Source of the DNA: Amoebophrya sp. A120
Lineage: Eukaryota; Protista; Dinoflagellata
Length of the DNA: 64,000 bases
Reading direction: 5' to 3'
Assembly (NCBI GenBank): GCA_905178155.1
Contig: CAJINV010000002.1
Location: 5,761,709 to 5,825,708, forward strand
Of this stretch, positions 44,901 to 57,100 are shown in pieces. Both the position numbers and the translations under genes were made by a program. The stretch's first letter is position 1. Every line of letters starts with the position of its first letter. Below the pieces are notes generated by a model. That model saw only the letters and a list, made by a program, of their open reading frames with translations, did no database searches and was not told the DNA's origin.

Positions 44901-47900
44901 GCCTCTTCGAAGTCTCGTTGCAGCCTCGCTTCCAACCCGTCCGGAGGCGAGGAGCAGAATTACCAACACCAAGACGACCCGACTGAAAATTTCTTTGCCC
45001 GGAACCGGGCGTTGTCAAGACTCTCTATGTTTGCAAACCACGTGAACTCGATCATTGCCGCGTGGAGCTTCATTTTGGGCACTGGGCTGATGGTGTTCTG
45101 GGATTTCATGCTGTGTGCGCAGATCGCGACGTTGCTGAAACTGGATTTGTTCCTCGACGCGGCGTACGTGCTTCTCGGACCAATTCTTTGCCTGCGCACG
45201 ACGGTTTTGAACGTCTTGCGAGGGGTGGAAGTTGTGGGGCCGCCGCGGCTGATCATGAAGTTGCAAATCTCTGACTCTACCTGGTGGATGGACATGTTTT
45301 CCTGCGTTCTGTGGCCCTACCTGTTTTACTACGAAGACAACATGATCAAACACGACCATTACCAGAGCGACCACTACCACAGCAACAGCGGTGGGGCGGA
45401 CGGCGCCGGCGGCGCAAACATCGTGATCGTTTTGTCACTGTTGAAGCTGGTCCGGATGTGGCGGTTGGCAAGAGACCCGACCTACATGCTGGTGGCGTGC
45501 CGGACGTGGAACACGGGGAGGTTGGGCCGGCTGGTTCTGCTGATTTTGCTTTTCGGACACTTCTGCGGCGCGATTTGGTTTTACGTCACGGACAAAGAGA
45601 AAACCGTGCTGCAAATCGTGTCCCGGGACTCGATTGAATTTGCGGATTACTACACCGATAGTAGTACTTCTGCCAGCACAACAAGCCTTCATATTTCCAA
45701 CGAGTACCTGAAGGAACAGCTGTCCTTCTACGATCTGTACGCCTACTCCCTGCAGCACGGAATGATCATGTTCCTCGGCAGGATGAATTCCACCGGGAAC
45801 TCCCCCGGGGAAAATTTACTTTTCGCCTTCGTTGCTCCGTATCCTGAGTAAAAACGTACCCACACCAGAGTCAAGATGGAAAATCTGCTAGACAAATCCA
45901 CAAGCTTTGGCTGTTTTGCATGACAAATTCGGACTCGTAGTGTAGTGCTGTTTGAGCGTGCTCAGCAGCATTACAGATCTAGTCTCTCATGCTGATTGGA
46001 GCATGACAAATTTCAAAACAACATTAGAGAATGCTCCTCATGCGGCTCCGCATGAGAAACATTTTAAGCATGCAGATTTGCATTACAACTCTGGCGTGGG
46101 TACGTTTTTACATAGGATACCCCGGTTGGGATCATCATTCAGTCCGTGATCTTCAGCAAAATGTCAATGATGTACATGTATAAAATGCAAATATGTCTGG
46201 GTCTGGAACAAGAGTGTAACTTGTCATGCTACATCTGGATCGTGGAAAAACTTGTGTTGCATGATTACCAAAAGAGGTCCACTTTTGAACAAGTTTAGAG
46301 GCAGTTTCTCGTGCAGGAAAGGCATGGTAGAGATCTCACAGAACCTGTCATGCTAGGCAGTGCATGCCAGACCGCGTGGGTCATGGAAAACCTGCATAAC
46401 AAACTTGCATTCTTCCAGACCCAGACACTCTTGCACTTGATAACATGGCGCAAGACCAGCACATAGTGCGCCAGCAACAACTCCTCGTGGATCTCCGGGC
46501 TTCCATGAAGATGCTGCGGTTGCTATCAAAAGGAAAAATCCCCCCTCCCCACACTGAACAGGTATGCTTCGTCTAAAAATTTGTGATGCTGATTTGTGAC
46601 CACAAATCCTGTCTCTCTTGCCAGAGGGCAAACGCAGAGACCCCGCCACGACATACAGGCGATTTGTAATGCTGCAAGGCCTATAGGGCAGCAGTCTGCC
46701 ATGCTAGGCCCCTACACCAAGAGACCCCCCCTTAGGCTTACGATCTGCGTGCAGTCCTTTACTGCAAGACAAATGTGATTTGTGTACTCAAATACCGCAA
46801 CACAAATTTCGTTTTCGATATGGGGAGGGGGGATTTTTCATTTTGAAAGGTGCCGTTGACGTTGCGGTCGAGGATTCTGTCTTTCTTCACCTACCAGCGG
46901 GTTATGCATTGCAAATATGTCCGGGTCTGCACGGCTCCGAACTTGTGATGTGAATTGCGGATCGTGCAAAGATTTGTGTTGCATGACTGGCAACAGGTGC
47001 TCACTACTTCTGGCCATGCTGAGAGGGTATTTCTCATGCAGAATAAGTAGGCATCACTGAGGGGCTGCAGAACCTGTGATGCTAGGACCCGCATTCCAGA
47101 TTTGAGGACGCTAGGAGAAACTGCATGACAAAAATCTGCATTCTTCCAGACCCAGACATATTTGCATTTGATATGGGTCCACAGAAACCAAGACTTTCTC
47201 GGCGTCCTCCACAGTTCCGGCGGGGGGCAGAGCCAGCAGCTGAAGTGGCAGCTGGCTTTGACACTGTATCGGGATTTGCTCGACCCCGACGTCGTGGGTG
47301 GCTTCTGTTTGCCGACCAGTAGCTTCGCAGCCTTGCAGGCAATCTTGCTCGCTCTGAAGGACGAAATTTGCCTCCCCGGGGACTACATCTGCAAGGAGGG
47401 GGACGAGGGAACGGGGATGTACTTCTTGCTAAAAGGGGAGTTGATTGTGAGCTCGAAGGGCGAAACGCTAGCGGTTCTGCAGAAGGGCCAGTTTTTCGGC
47501 GATCTGAGCTTGTTAACGGGGTTGCGACGGACGGCCTCGGTGCGGGCGAACACGTTTTGCACTTTGGCTTTCCTTTCCAAACAAGCGATGGCTCCGATCT
47601 TGCAGAAGTATCCGAGTCAAATGGAGTTGATGGCCTCGGTGTTTCGAAAGACGGTGATTGGCATGGGAGGGGGCAAACCGCCACCTGGAGGTGGGCCACG
47701 ACAGGGTAGTAACAGTCAGAACCCCACGGGTGCCGCTGGACGGAGTAACCCGTCGTCGAATGAGAACTACGTTTCCGGGCAGCAGTCGCACTCAGGAGCA
47801 CCGTCGGGAAGTAGAGCAGGTTTGTCTTCTGGTGGACAGCAGAAAAACAAGAACCAGAGCAAGCAAATGCACAACCAGATGCCACAAGTTGTAAACCCCA

Positions 47901-50900
47901 ACATCCCGTCGTGGCGCAAATCGCAAATGCGCACGCAGTATCAAATGCAAAAATGTCTGGGTCTGGAAGAATGCAAGTTTGTCATGCTTGTCTGGCATGA
48001 CTAGAAAATCTGTGTTTCATAGGTACGAAAGAGCCATCTTAACTGCCATGCAAAGAGGCAGTGCGCCATGCGGAATGCATAAGACATGGCAGCCACAAAA
48101 TTTGTGATGCATAGCTGCGTATTGCGGCACGTCTATCATTCACTTTTAGCATTACAAGTTTCCAGACCCAGACATATTTGCAATCCACACGCAGATGCAG
48201 GACCAGATCCAGCAAAAGTCGAAGCAGTTTTGCATCGACCCGAATCTCTACTCTAACAAAGATACCTGGGTGGAGCGGGAGCTGTGGCAGCGGTGCGAAT
48301 TGATGAGTGAGGAAAGTTCGGAAGGCAGCGGTAGCTCGGATGAACAATCGGAGGAAGAAGACTCGGACGAGAGCGATCACACTGAAGACGAGGACGATGA
48401 TGTTCATGACAACGACCGCAGTCAAACCGAGTGCAGCCGAACCCAGGACTCCGAAGAGTCGCCTTACTCGGTTGAAACTTCGGAGACGTTTCCCAAAGCG
48501 AGGAACGGGAGAGGAGGACGACAAAGGGCTGCGAATTATCGCAACAATGATAGTACTGACCAAACATCTGGCTACAGAACCAGCGGAACAAACGGTAGTC
48601 ACCAGGGGTCCGAGAGGAGCGGCACTGGTCCTACTGCAACTCGGGGTGAACAAAGTAGAAATCACAACGATTACAATTCATCACAGCTGGTGAACCGTTT
48701 GAAAACCTTCCAGTCTGTTCAAACTTGCGATTTGGAGTCTGGGGATGAGGTCTGGGACCCGAATGCCGATACGGATTCGGAAAACACCAGCGGCTCTGCG
48801 TCTGAAGGTGCAAATGAGGAGGACGAAAAAGAGGACAAAATGAACAGCACGATTAATTCCAAGTCCTCCAAGCCTTCGAACGCCACCACGTCCCATTCCC
48901 ACCGCCAGCACTACCAGGCCCTGCAAACCTTCGCGACGCACGCGGTGGTTGTGAGCAGAGAAACCACGAAAGACAGCACAGCGGTAGGAGCCGATGTAGA
49001 AGCGGACAACGCCAATAGTTCGCCAACCCGGAAGCAGGCGAAAAACAAAAAAAGACGCCTCTCTGGGCAGTCGGAAAGAAGGGTGAGGAAAATGTCGCAG
49101 CAGTCGAAGCTGTCCATGCGGTCCTCGGTGCGGACAGGCAATAGCAGTATCGCGGATTCCAACATTCGACGGATTCGGGCGAGAGAAAAAGAGGGCTGGG
49201 CGGGGATCATAAAGAAAAGTGCGGGTCGGTCCGGGTCGAATCAAGAGCCTCTGGATGATCAGCTTTCACTGGACGAGGACGATCACCCGCTGCAGAGGAG
49301 GCTGAGTCACGACAGTCTCTGCTCCGAACTGATGCAGTTCAAGGATAACGTCTGCTCGCGGCATGCGCGGCACGCGAGGCGGATGAGCAATCCGTATCCG
49401 GAGGATGCGGGGTATGAACCAGTGTATGGTGGTGACCATGCGCCAGTTCTTAACCACACAAGAACTACTTCTACAGGGAACAAGACTCACAGTACGAAAT
49501 CGAGCCCGAAAATGATGAAGGGTAGCAGATCTTTTGGCACCAGTAGAACGACCAAGAATTTGGGACGACAACAGCAGAACAATAATAACGCGGCCCTGCT
49601 TTACAACCGGCCGACTTTGGAAAAGAGCACATCGGAATTAACGACCGAGCAGATTCCGGCGGATCAACTTCTGCATCCGCAACCGGTTCTTTCGCCTATC
49701 CCGGGGGAGACGTTGGTGCCCTTCCAGGAGCAGCTGCATCTGTTTCCGAGAGCAACGACCGATAATTCCTGTAGTTCAGGGAAGAAACAGCTACATCAGG
49801 CCCAGGGAGAAACTACTACGGAACTAATGCAGCAAGGGCCTATGCCTGCCGCGCCTCCTGCTGCTCTGACCCTGCCGCTCCGCCAAACGCAAGCCAGGTC
49901 TCAAGTCGCGGAGTCGGAAGTTGTACCGACTAAGGGCGGGGCGGGCCAAGCGTTAGTGGAAACACTAAACCCGACAGTTGATGTACTAGACCACGAAGAT
50001 GTTGCAGCTCCGGTACTAGAGAACGACGATGGGCAGCAGGAGAAAAAGCGACAGCAAGCTTCCCCCGTAGAACAGTCACCGGCGAGAAGTATCACCAGCA
50101 GCAGGAAAGCGAAGGACAGAATGATGTTGAAAAAGAAGAACAATTTTGATGCTCAAGAAGTAGAACATTCTGGCCATCCAGGTGTTGTTTCCGCGTCCGC
50201 ACCTCCCGCTATCCCCCCTATCCTCGAAGACATTGACGTGCAGCACCGCACCGCGTCGGGGAAGTTGGTCAGATTTGATCTGCGAAAAACCAAACACACA
50301 TCCAGCTCGGAATCAAACATCCGCAGTACGCAAATGGGAGGGGTTGTAGGCAACAAGGAAGGCAGCGGTTTGCACACCAACCACAGCTCGGGTAACCGCA
50401 TGAGTGACAGCACGCCCGGTGAACTACGGACCAACAGCAGTTCCGAGGTGCCGGAAAGAACGAATACGTCTTCGGAGGTGGATCTACTTTCCGCAGCGGT
50501 GTCCGGGTTCAATACAACCAGTGCGGGAAGCTCGGTTCAGAACTTTCCGACGCAGGAGGGGGATCATGATGACCTTCGACGTGTGGGTCGTGAGAGCAAA
50601 AGCAATCAGGATGTTGAGCAGGATCATTTTACATTCGCAGGAACTACAGGAGCCATGATGCCTGTGGTGCCAACTGTCGCTGGAGAAAACGCGACCAACG
50701 CGCGCGCTTTCAATGTTCCAGTCCGCGAGGACAGTGTCAGTGCGTCGAAGCCGAGTAGCACTGTGGGCAACACCTCGGACGACATGATTTCCTGGTCGTC
50801 GAAAAAGTCCAAAAGGTCGTCCCGCTCTCACCGAATAAAGGACCACAGGCGGGGGAGTGGTGGTAAAAGCGAGCGGAAGGAAGATACTCTCAGAGAGGAC

Positions 50901-51821
50901 GCAAAAAACTCACCAAGAAATACAGTTGCGGATACACAAGTAAAACAGCAGAACACTTCCTTCGACACTCTGAATCACACTGCGCGCAGCAGCAGAAGCA
51001 GTAAAAGAGGAGACTATGATCAGAGAAGGAAGGAGGGAAGGGATGATCATGAACACGATAGGAAACGAGCCGATGGTTACAGAAGCAGTTCGGGAGAGAG
51101 GAGTCGAGCGCACGCCGGGCGAAACAAAAAATCTGCCTCGTCGGATCATCAGGAAAAGAAACGAAGAGAACGCGACGACAATGAATGTGAAACGAGTGGC
51201 CCAGGCGACCATGGTGAAAACAATGTCGAGGGGGGGAGCTACAATTGCAACACCAAATCCGGCAGTAGTCACTCGCAAAAGTCGCATGCGAATACCGGCC
51301 CCGGCACTAGCGCAGACAGCGTCGCTCCTCCAGCAGAGCAACAGAAGTCAAAGTCAAAAAAGCACCACAGCAAGGACAAGCATCTGCAATTACCGCGGAA
51401 CAGCAACAACCTTGCGCAAAACGATGCTGCGAGTACGCTTTCTGATCTGCCGTCAAATTCCGGCTCCAAGTATTCCTCTTCTCACTTTCTCGACTATGAA
51501 CCGCTACAGCAAGGAGGAAATAGTGCTGGACCAGGCTCGTACGTCGGAAGTTCCGTTGCGCCGGAAGGAGCTGCAATTGGGACCAATAGCAAACCAAAAA
51601 CTTCTTCTTCGCACACGCACCGCCGCGCATCTGTTACTGCGGGCGGTGGGACCACAGCGAGCCACGGAGCCGCGTCGAGGGGCAGGCGGAACAGTGCGGC
51701 CATTATGAACGTGGATTACTGCTTAGTCGATGTGGCGATGTTGCAACAGCCCCCCGGCGGCGCGGGTTCCTCGCAAGACCCGGAAAATCGAAAATCATCC
51801 CGACCCAGTGCGAGGAAGTGA
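41991..51821 (+). CDS. Cyclic-nucleotide-binding ion channel (CNG/HCN/EAG-like) with long disordered termini; 7 introners
   Basis: S4-like LLKLVRMWRL; S5 ILLFGHFCGAIWFY; C-linker LPLTLRSRILSFFTY; cNMP domain PGDYICKEGDEGTGMYFLLKGEL..GQFFGDLSLL..RRTASVRANTFC. Confidence 0.88.
44165..44472. mobile_element. Family B introner (308 bp, uninterrupted), TSD TTGCA
   Basis: TIR TATGGAAGCGTCAGGATTGAAATCGTCAAAGTTGAAAT; opposite orientation to the 9964 and 55593 copies; removal gives EKLL-HSLRS. Confidence 0.95.
44575..44772. mobile_element. Family F introner (198 bp), TSD CATCG
   Basis: TIRs TATTC(A)nTACCATCGCAATCAC and GTGATTGTGATGGTG(T)nCTAGGATA; removing 203 nt restores the frame. Confidence 0.92.
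45840..46119. mobile_element. Family G introner (280 bp), TSD CTCCG/CCCCG
   Basis: TIRs TATCCTGAGTAAAAACGTACCCACACCAGAG and CTCTGGCGTGGGTACGTTTTTACATAGGATA; removal restores the S6-like helix FAFVAP-VGIIIQSVIFS. Confidence 0.93.
46179..46442. mobile_element. Family D introner (264 bp), TSD ACATG
   Basis: Family D TIRs; exact TSD; removal gives MMYM-AQDQH. Confidence 0.94.
46524..46848. mobile_element. Family A introner (325 bp), TSD GTTGC/GGTGC
   Basis: Family A TIRs with right end AAA (variant); removal restores the C-linker MLRL-PLTLRSRI. Confidence 0.93.
46903..47173. mobile_element. Family D introner (271 bp), TSD CGGGT/TGGGT
   Basis: Family D TIRs; removing 276 nt gives YQRV-HRNQDF in frame. 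Confidence 0.93.
47939..48189. mobile_element. Family D introner (251 bp), TSD CGCAG
   Basis: Family D TIRs with right end ACA (variant); removal gives MRTQ-MQDQIQ. Confidence 0.93.
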
Positions 51822-54134
51822 TGCTGGGAGCATTGCGATGAAATTCGAGTGTGAAATAGAATGTAAGAACTGTGAGCATCTGAATCTCTTTATGTGTGTT
51901 TCACTGTTAGACAAAAGGGGGACTATGAACAGACAGAACATAATTTCATTTTTTCATGGAAAAAAATTATTGCGATGAACTTGAACATGAATATGAACCT
52001 TTTCCTTGTCGTATGATAAACCCGGCCACGGAATCAATATCAAATGTGACAAGAACCGACAGCATAGCTTATGAACGTATTCGTATTGTCGCGACCTCAA
52101 CATCCTTTTATTTTTTTTTGCTTACGTTACGCTCCGGCTCCGGCGAGTAATCTACGTACTCTCGTCTGCTATGTCACAGCCAGCAGCGCATCCAAGATGT
52201 CTTTGTCTACTAGCTGAGGCTGGAGCCTATAGCGCGGCCTTCTGCATGTGCATTTTTTCACAGTCAAAAACTGTCTTTGTCCAATGTAAATGTTAGCCCA
52301 ACAGCCAACTGCAGCTGTTGCATAGTTTTACCCGATTACTCAAACAGACAAAGGACATGGAACAGCTAAAGCACCCCTTCCACAATCCTGTACATACACA
52401 TAGCGCAAAACCTTTTTGATGTGATATTGCTAATTTTTCGAACCAAGAGTGCGCAGCTGCGGCACACACAGCGCGAAGAGGCTACGTAGTGTGAACACAG
52501 GAAAGAGCTGAGCACTTTGAAAGGGCGACTCTTTGAATAAATTCAATCGACTCTCGGCAGTTTTCGAAGTCAACTTCTTCTGCTTTTTTGTTCCGTATCG
52601 ACCGGTGGTGCCGGCGGCGTCGCGCATTCACTTAGCTTGTTCCTTCTTTCGAGTGTTGCGCAACAGCGGAAGCAGTTGGCCATGCCATTTGAGAAAAGAG
52701 GAAGACGATTTCACAAGGCGCCAGATACAGACACGAGAGAGGGCGGCTGCAGCAAGGGCCCGCCAGCGCGGCTGCCGGGGCAGCTTTTGGCTTTGGTGAG
52801 CCTGCCGCCACACGGAGGGGCACTGCCCGAAGCCGTCGGGATTGCGCGCAGAAGCGGCCCGGGCCGCTTTTTGGCCGGCGCCATGTCTTTGCTTCGGGGG
52901 CGCATTGATGCATCTGCAAGGAAGAGAACGAGGCGCGCAGCATGCCCATTGGCGCTTAGCTGCCTGCGCGCTTTTGCGGCGACTTCCAGTGCATTTATCT
53001 GCAGGAGACCAAAACCGCAGGGGCGCCTCTCTGTTGCAGACCAAAACCGCAGGGGCGCCGTGCGCGCACACAACGCAACACCGCTGCGAGCGAGATCGTC
53101 GACAAATGTTTCAAGAGTAACCCGCTGCGCCTTGTAGTGCCGCGCAATGAGGTAGACAACTACAAGGCTCTCGCGGGGCGCGCGCAGCTTGAGGGCGGGC
53201 CAGGCAGCCGCGCGCGCGGCGCCGGGCCGGCTTTTTCGATCGCCGAAAGGCGGGCGCCATTGCATGGCGCGGACGCCGGCACCGGGCGGAGCAATTGGCC
53301 CGCGGCGCGCGCTTCCCCGCCCGGCGCCGAGCACGGCAGAAATCTCGACACGATAGAAATGCGGGCCAAGGATGAAGCAGTGGGCGCCGTAATCCCTTCC
53401 TCATATCTGTAGCCATCTGCCATGGAAGCCGGGCCCAGCCGCTGGGGGTCCAGGCCAACGAGCCACCGCGGCGACCAAAGGGCGGCGACCCGTCGCGGTC
53501 GGCGAGCGAGGGCGCGAGCCTTTTGGAAGCACGACATGAAGGCGCCCGCCGCGGCCGCCGGCGAAGGAAGTGAATCAAGGCGGGGCGGGGCCTTTGGGCC
53601 ATCCGAACAGGTGTGGCACCCAGCGCGCGCGCCCGCATGTCGCCTCCCTTGCGAAGGGGCACCCGCGCGATGTCTTTGGCGAGTTGCACGCGCCGCCTCG
53701 GTGCCCGTGGCCGGGTTCTGATGTTGGTGCCTCGCTATTGATATCCTTGTTGTGGTATAGCAATAGACCAACAGCAGCAAGACCAAGATCGGCGAGAGCG
53801 AACGCTTGCATCTTTCGCCAGGACTTAGTAGCGGCGCTACCAACTAGGTAGGTTGTTCCTAGTCGCCCGCATGACAAGTGGCGCATTTAGACTTGGAGAG
53901 AAATCACCATGAAACCTGAACTGCGTGAGCTTGAGTAGCAACATCGATACGAAATCCACCGGCGAAGATAACAAAGCTTGTGAGCAAGAAGGAGTTTCAA
54001 GAGAGGTCCCGAAAGCTATGACCGCACGAAAAATTCAATCAAAATTAATGATCATGCCTCAAAATCCGCCCACCGCGAAAGCTGCACTTGTTCCCCTCTT
54101 CTAACTCGCGGCTCCGTTCCCGGAACGCCCGGCG

Positions 54135-57100
54135 ATGACGTGGGCCACGCGCGGCGGGTCGTCGAGTAGCTCCGCGCCGGGAGGAAGTGCTACCGCTGCC
54201 ACTGCTTCTAGTGCACGTTGTAGCGCAATGAAGTCTAGTGCATCTGGAAACACCAGGATACGGAAGTTTCTCTTTCTCCTTCCGTCCGCAACCACAACCG
54301 CCATTCAGCTTCATGACACGGCCGAAATTAAGCAGACCACAACTAGTAGCATGGTGCACTCCAAGCTCGCCGCCGCAGCACTGAAAGAAAAGGAGATCCA
54401 AAGGGGGAAACGGAAAGAGCGACTGTCCAAGGCAGCCGTTTCCTTGCACCAGCATCACCAGTCTGGCGGCGCAACTAGTACTAAAGAAACTTCTTCATCT
54501 GCGGCTGCAATCTATTCCAAGCATGCCAGCAGTGCGGGGGGAAAGACAAAGAAGGGGGAAAAGCAGACGAAAATGTTTTTCACCTTCATAGGCGATCCAA
54601 ACCCCTTCGACCAAGACGACCAACTTTTTCCCAAAGCCTGCTACCCGGAGATCACCGAAGCGGCGGTGCGGTGCTGCAAAGCAAACAAGAACGAGACGGA
54701 CAAAGTTATGATGGAGGATTTGCGGGACTTGTCGGGCAGGCGGGGAGGCAACGACGATAAATTTTGCAACGGGCAAGGTAAATGCAAATTGAGATTTTGT
54801 TTGGCTTCCATTTGTTTCCACTCAACAACTTTTAGCCGGTTCTTCTGCCACTGATGTTAGTGGTCGCACATCAAGCATCAGAGAATTAGAAGCAGTACCT
54901 TCCACCTGAAGAGCAACAGAGGGAAATTTGACAAATCGTCCACGTTTTCTGCACCACAGGCGAATGGGTCGACGGCACGCAGGTAGCCGACTTGAAGGGT
55001 CTCACCCAAGCCGAGGCGATGCAAATTTGCTCCAACGCCGGCGCGCGTCTGTGTGATTTCGAGGAGCTACGCGCCGACAAGACTGCGGGGACTGGGTGCC
55101 AGTTTGACGATCACAACATTTGGAGCAACACCGAGTGCTACGAAGAAGGAGTGTACGTCAACAACTGGCTCACGATCGAGGGTATGGATGAGATGAAAAG
55201 TAGAGAGCACCTCGTCGTGTAATGTTACCTCGATCTGCATGAGGAGTTGAGTTCACATGGAAGTAGCACTTCAAACTTGTCATGCGCTAGCTGCACGCAT
55301 ATTGTGTAAAAATGCGCGCATTCTGACAACGTTGTACTACACGGGGATGCACTCCGACTTTTCTCATCGATACAAGAAATCAGACTCTCCGATCCAAGAT
55401 TCATGAACGACGCGAACAAAAACGTGAGTTTTTTGCTGCTGCTTTAGCTTATTTTCACTTCTATGTACTGCCGACGGATGCAAATAGATTTAGATTTTGT
55501 GATGCGAAACTGACTCGTACCAATGAAACAACTCAGGTGATGATGGCCGCTGCATTCAACTGGACCTACCCCTTGACGGCAGAGGCAGAAAATATGGGAG
55601 TGTCAGAATTGAAATCGTCAAAGTTGAAGTGATTTGTCATGCATAAAATTCGACGCAAAAAGTGCCTCTATTGCAGAGGACGCACGGAAGGCAGATTATA
55701 GTCCCGGCAAGGGTCAAAAGTTGGACTGCTGACTAGCATGACAGAAGGCAGCGCTTTTGCCCTAAACCGCATGACAGACTCGCTTCCAAGTCCGGGAAAA
55801 TTTGCCATGCACCGACTACAAGCAACAAACAAGTCGTGACTGATTGTGCACAGTAGTGTAGTGCTTTATTATAGAATAGCATTTATAGACGTATAGGGTG
55901 AATAGGTAGTCGTTACAACGAAAAAGCAAACACTATATGCGATTAGTTCTGCGCTCTCATGATGATAAGTGCACGCTATCACTCGGTACGTCTTTCGTGT
56001 GAATGCGTTGAACTACGTCAATCACTCCACTGAGATTCCGTTGAACTACCTTCGTTGCACGACCCACAACGTTTAAGTAGATGCTGCATTTCTCTTCGCG
56101 CGTGCCCGGCCCTCGACGCATGACCTCTGCTGCTTTGCTCTGATTGACCTGCTGGTTCCAATCGCTTGGGTGGATGTCTTGTTGCGGTTGGCCTGCTGGC
56201 TCCAACCTGTTTTTTGCTTTGCACTTCCTTGTTTTTCAGCAGCTTGTCTGCTGGCAGACGGTAAAGAGATTATCCTACAGTGGTGAGCATGCACCCTCGG
56301 GCGCTGTAGGTTTGGTCATCTTTCTCTTTACGCGAGCACCTACCCTGCTTCTGTACTTTTTGTGGTATGTTGGCCCATACCAGTACAGTTTTCGGTCGGG
56401 TAGGACCCCGGGTGGCGGTAGTCTGCTTCTTGTCTTGATTTTTTGCTGCTGCTGGGCTGCTCTGCTTGCGCGCCTTTCCCTTCTTCGATGCTGCTCTCGT
56501 TTTCCTCGTACTTGACCAGCGGATAGAAGTGTACCAATTCGTTGCTCTACCCACTAAAGCCCAATCGTGACCATGCCCGTAGGAACTACTTTATTAATGT
56601 CTCTACGACTTTTGACTTCAATCTTAACCTTCACATGTATTCCTACCTAACTTGTGTTGTTATTTTTTGTTTTTTCTCTGTACGACTACGATTGGCCAAA
56701 GCGCCACCGGGACAGCCTGCCCGTAGATCACCGATGCCATGCACCGACTACAAACTGTAGGCGTAACTGGTATCCGTTCTATGCATGACAAACTATTTCG
56801 ACTTTGACGATTTCAAACCTGACGCATCCATAGAAAAATGCACCAAGGGGTGGAACCCGACACCAGAAAGTTTAAACGAAACGCACTACGGAATCATGTG
56901 GGACAGACTAGCCCGTGTGAGCAGGGTACAGATGATCTGATGCAAATGTAAGGGCGATTGTCTGTTTTTTTCCGTCGATGCGCGAGAATCTTTAAGATGT
57001 AGCTCCACTGTTTTTGAATGTTGCTCGTCCAATCGATAGGCGTAAATGCTTGTTCAAAAGGACGTAGCTACCGCCTCGTGCTCGTCCATCACCCCCCCTT

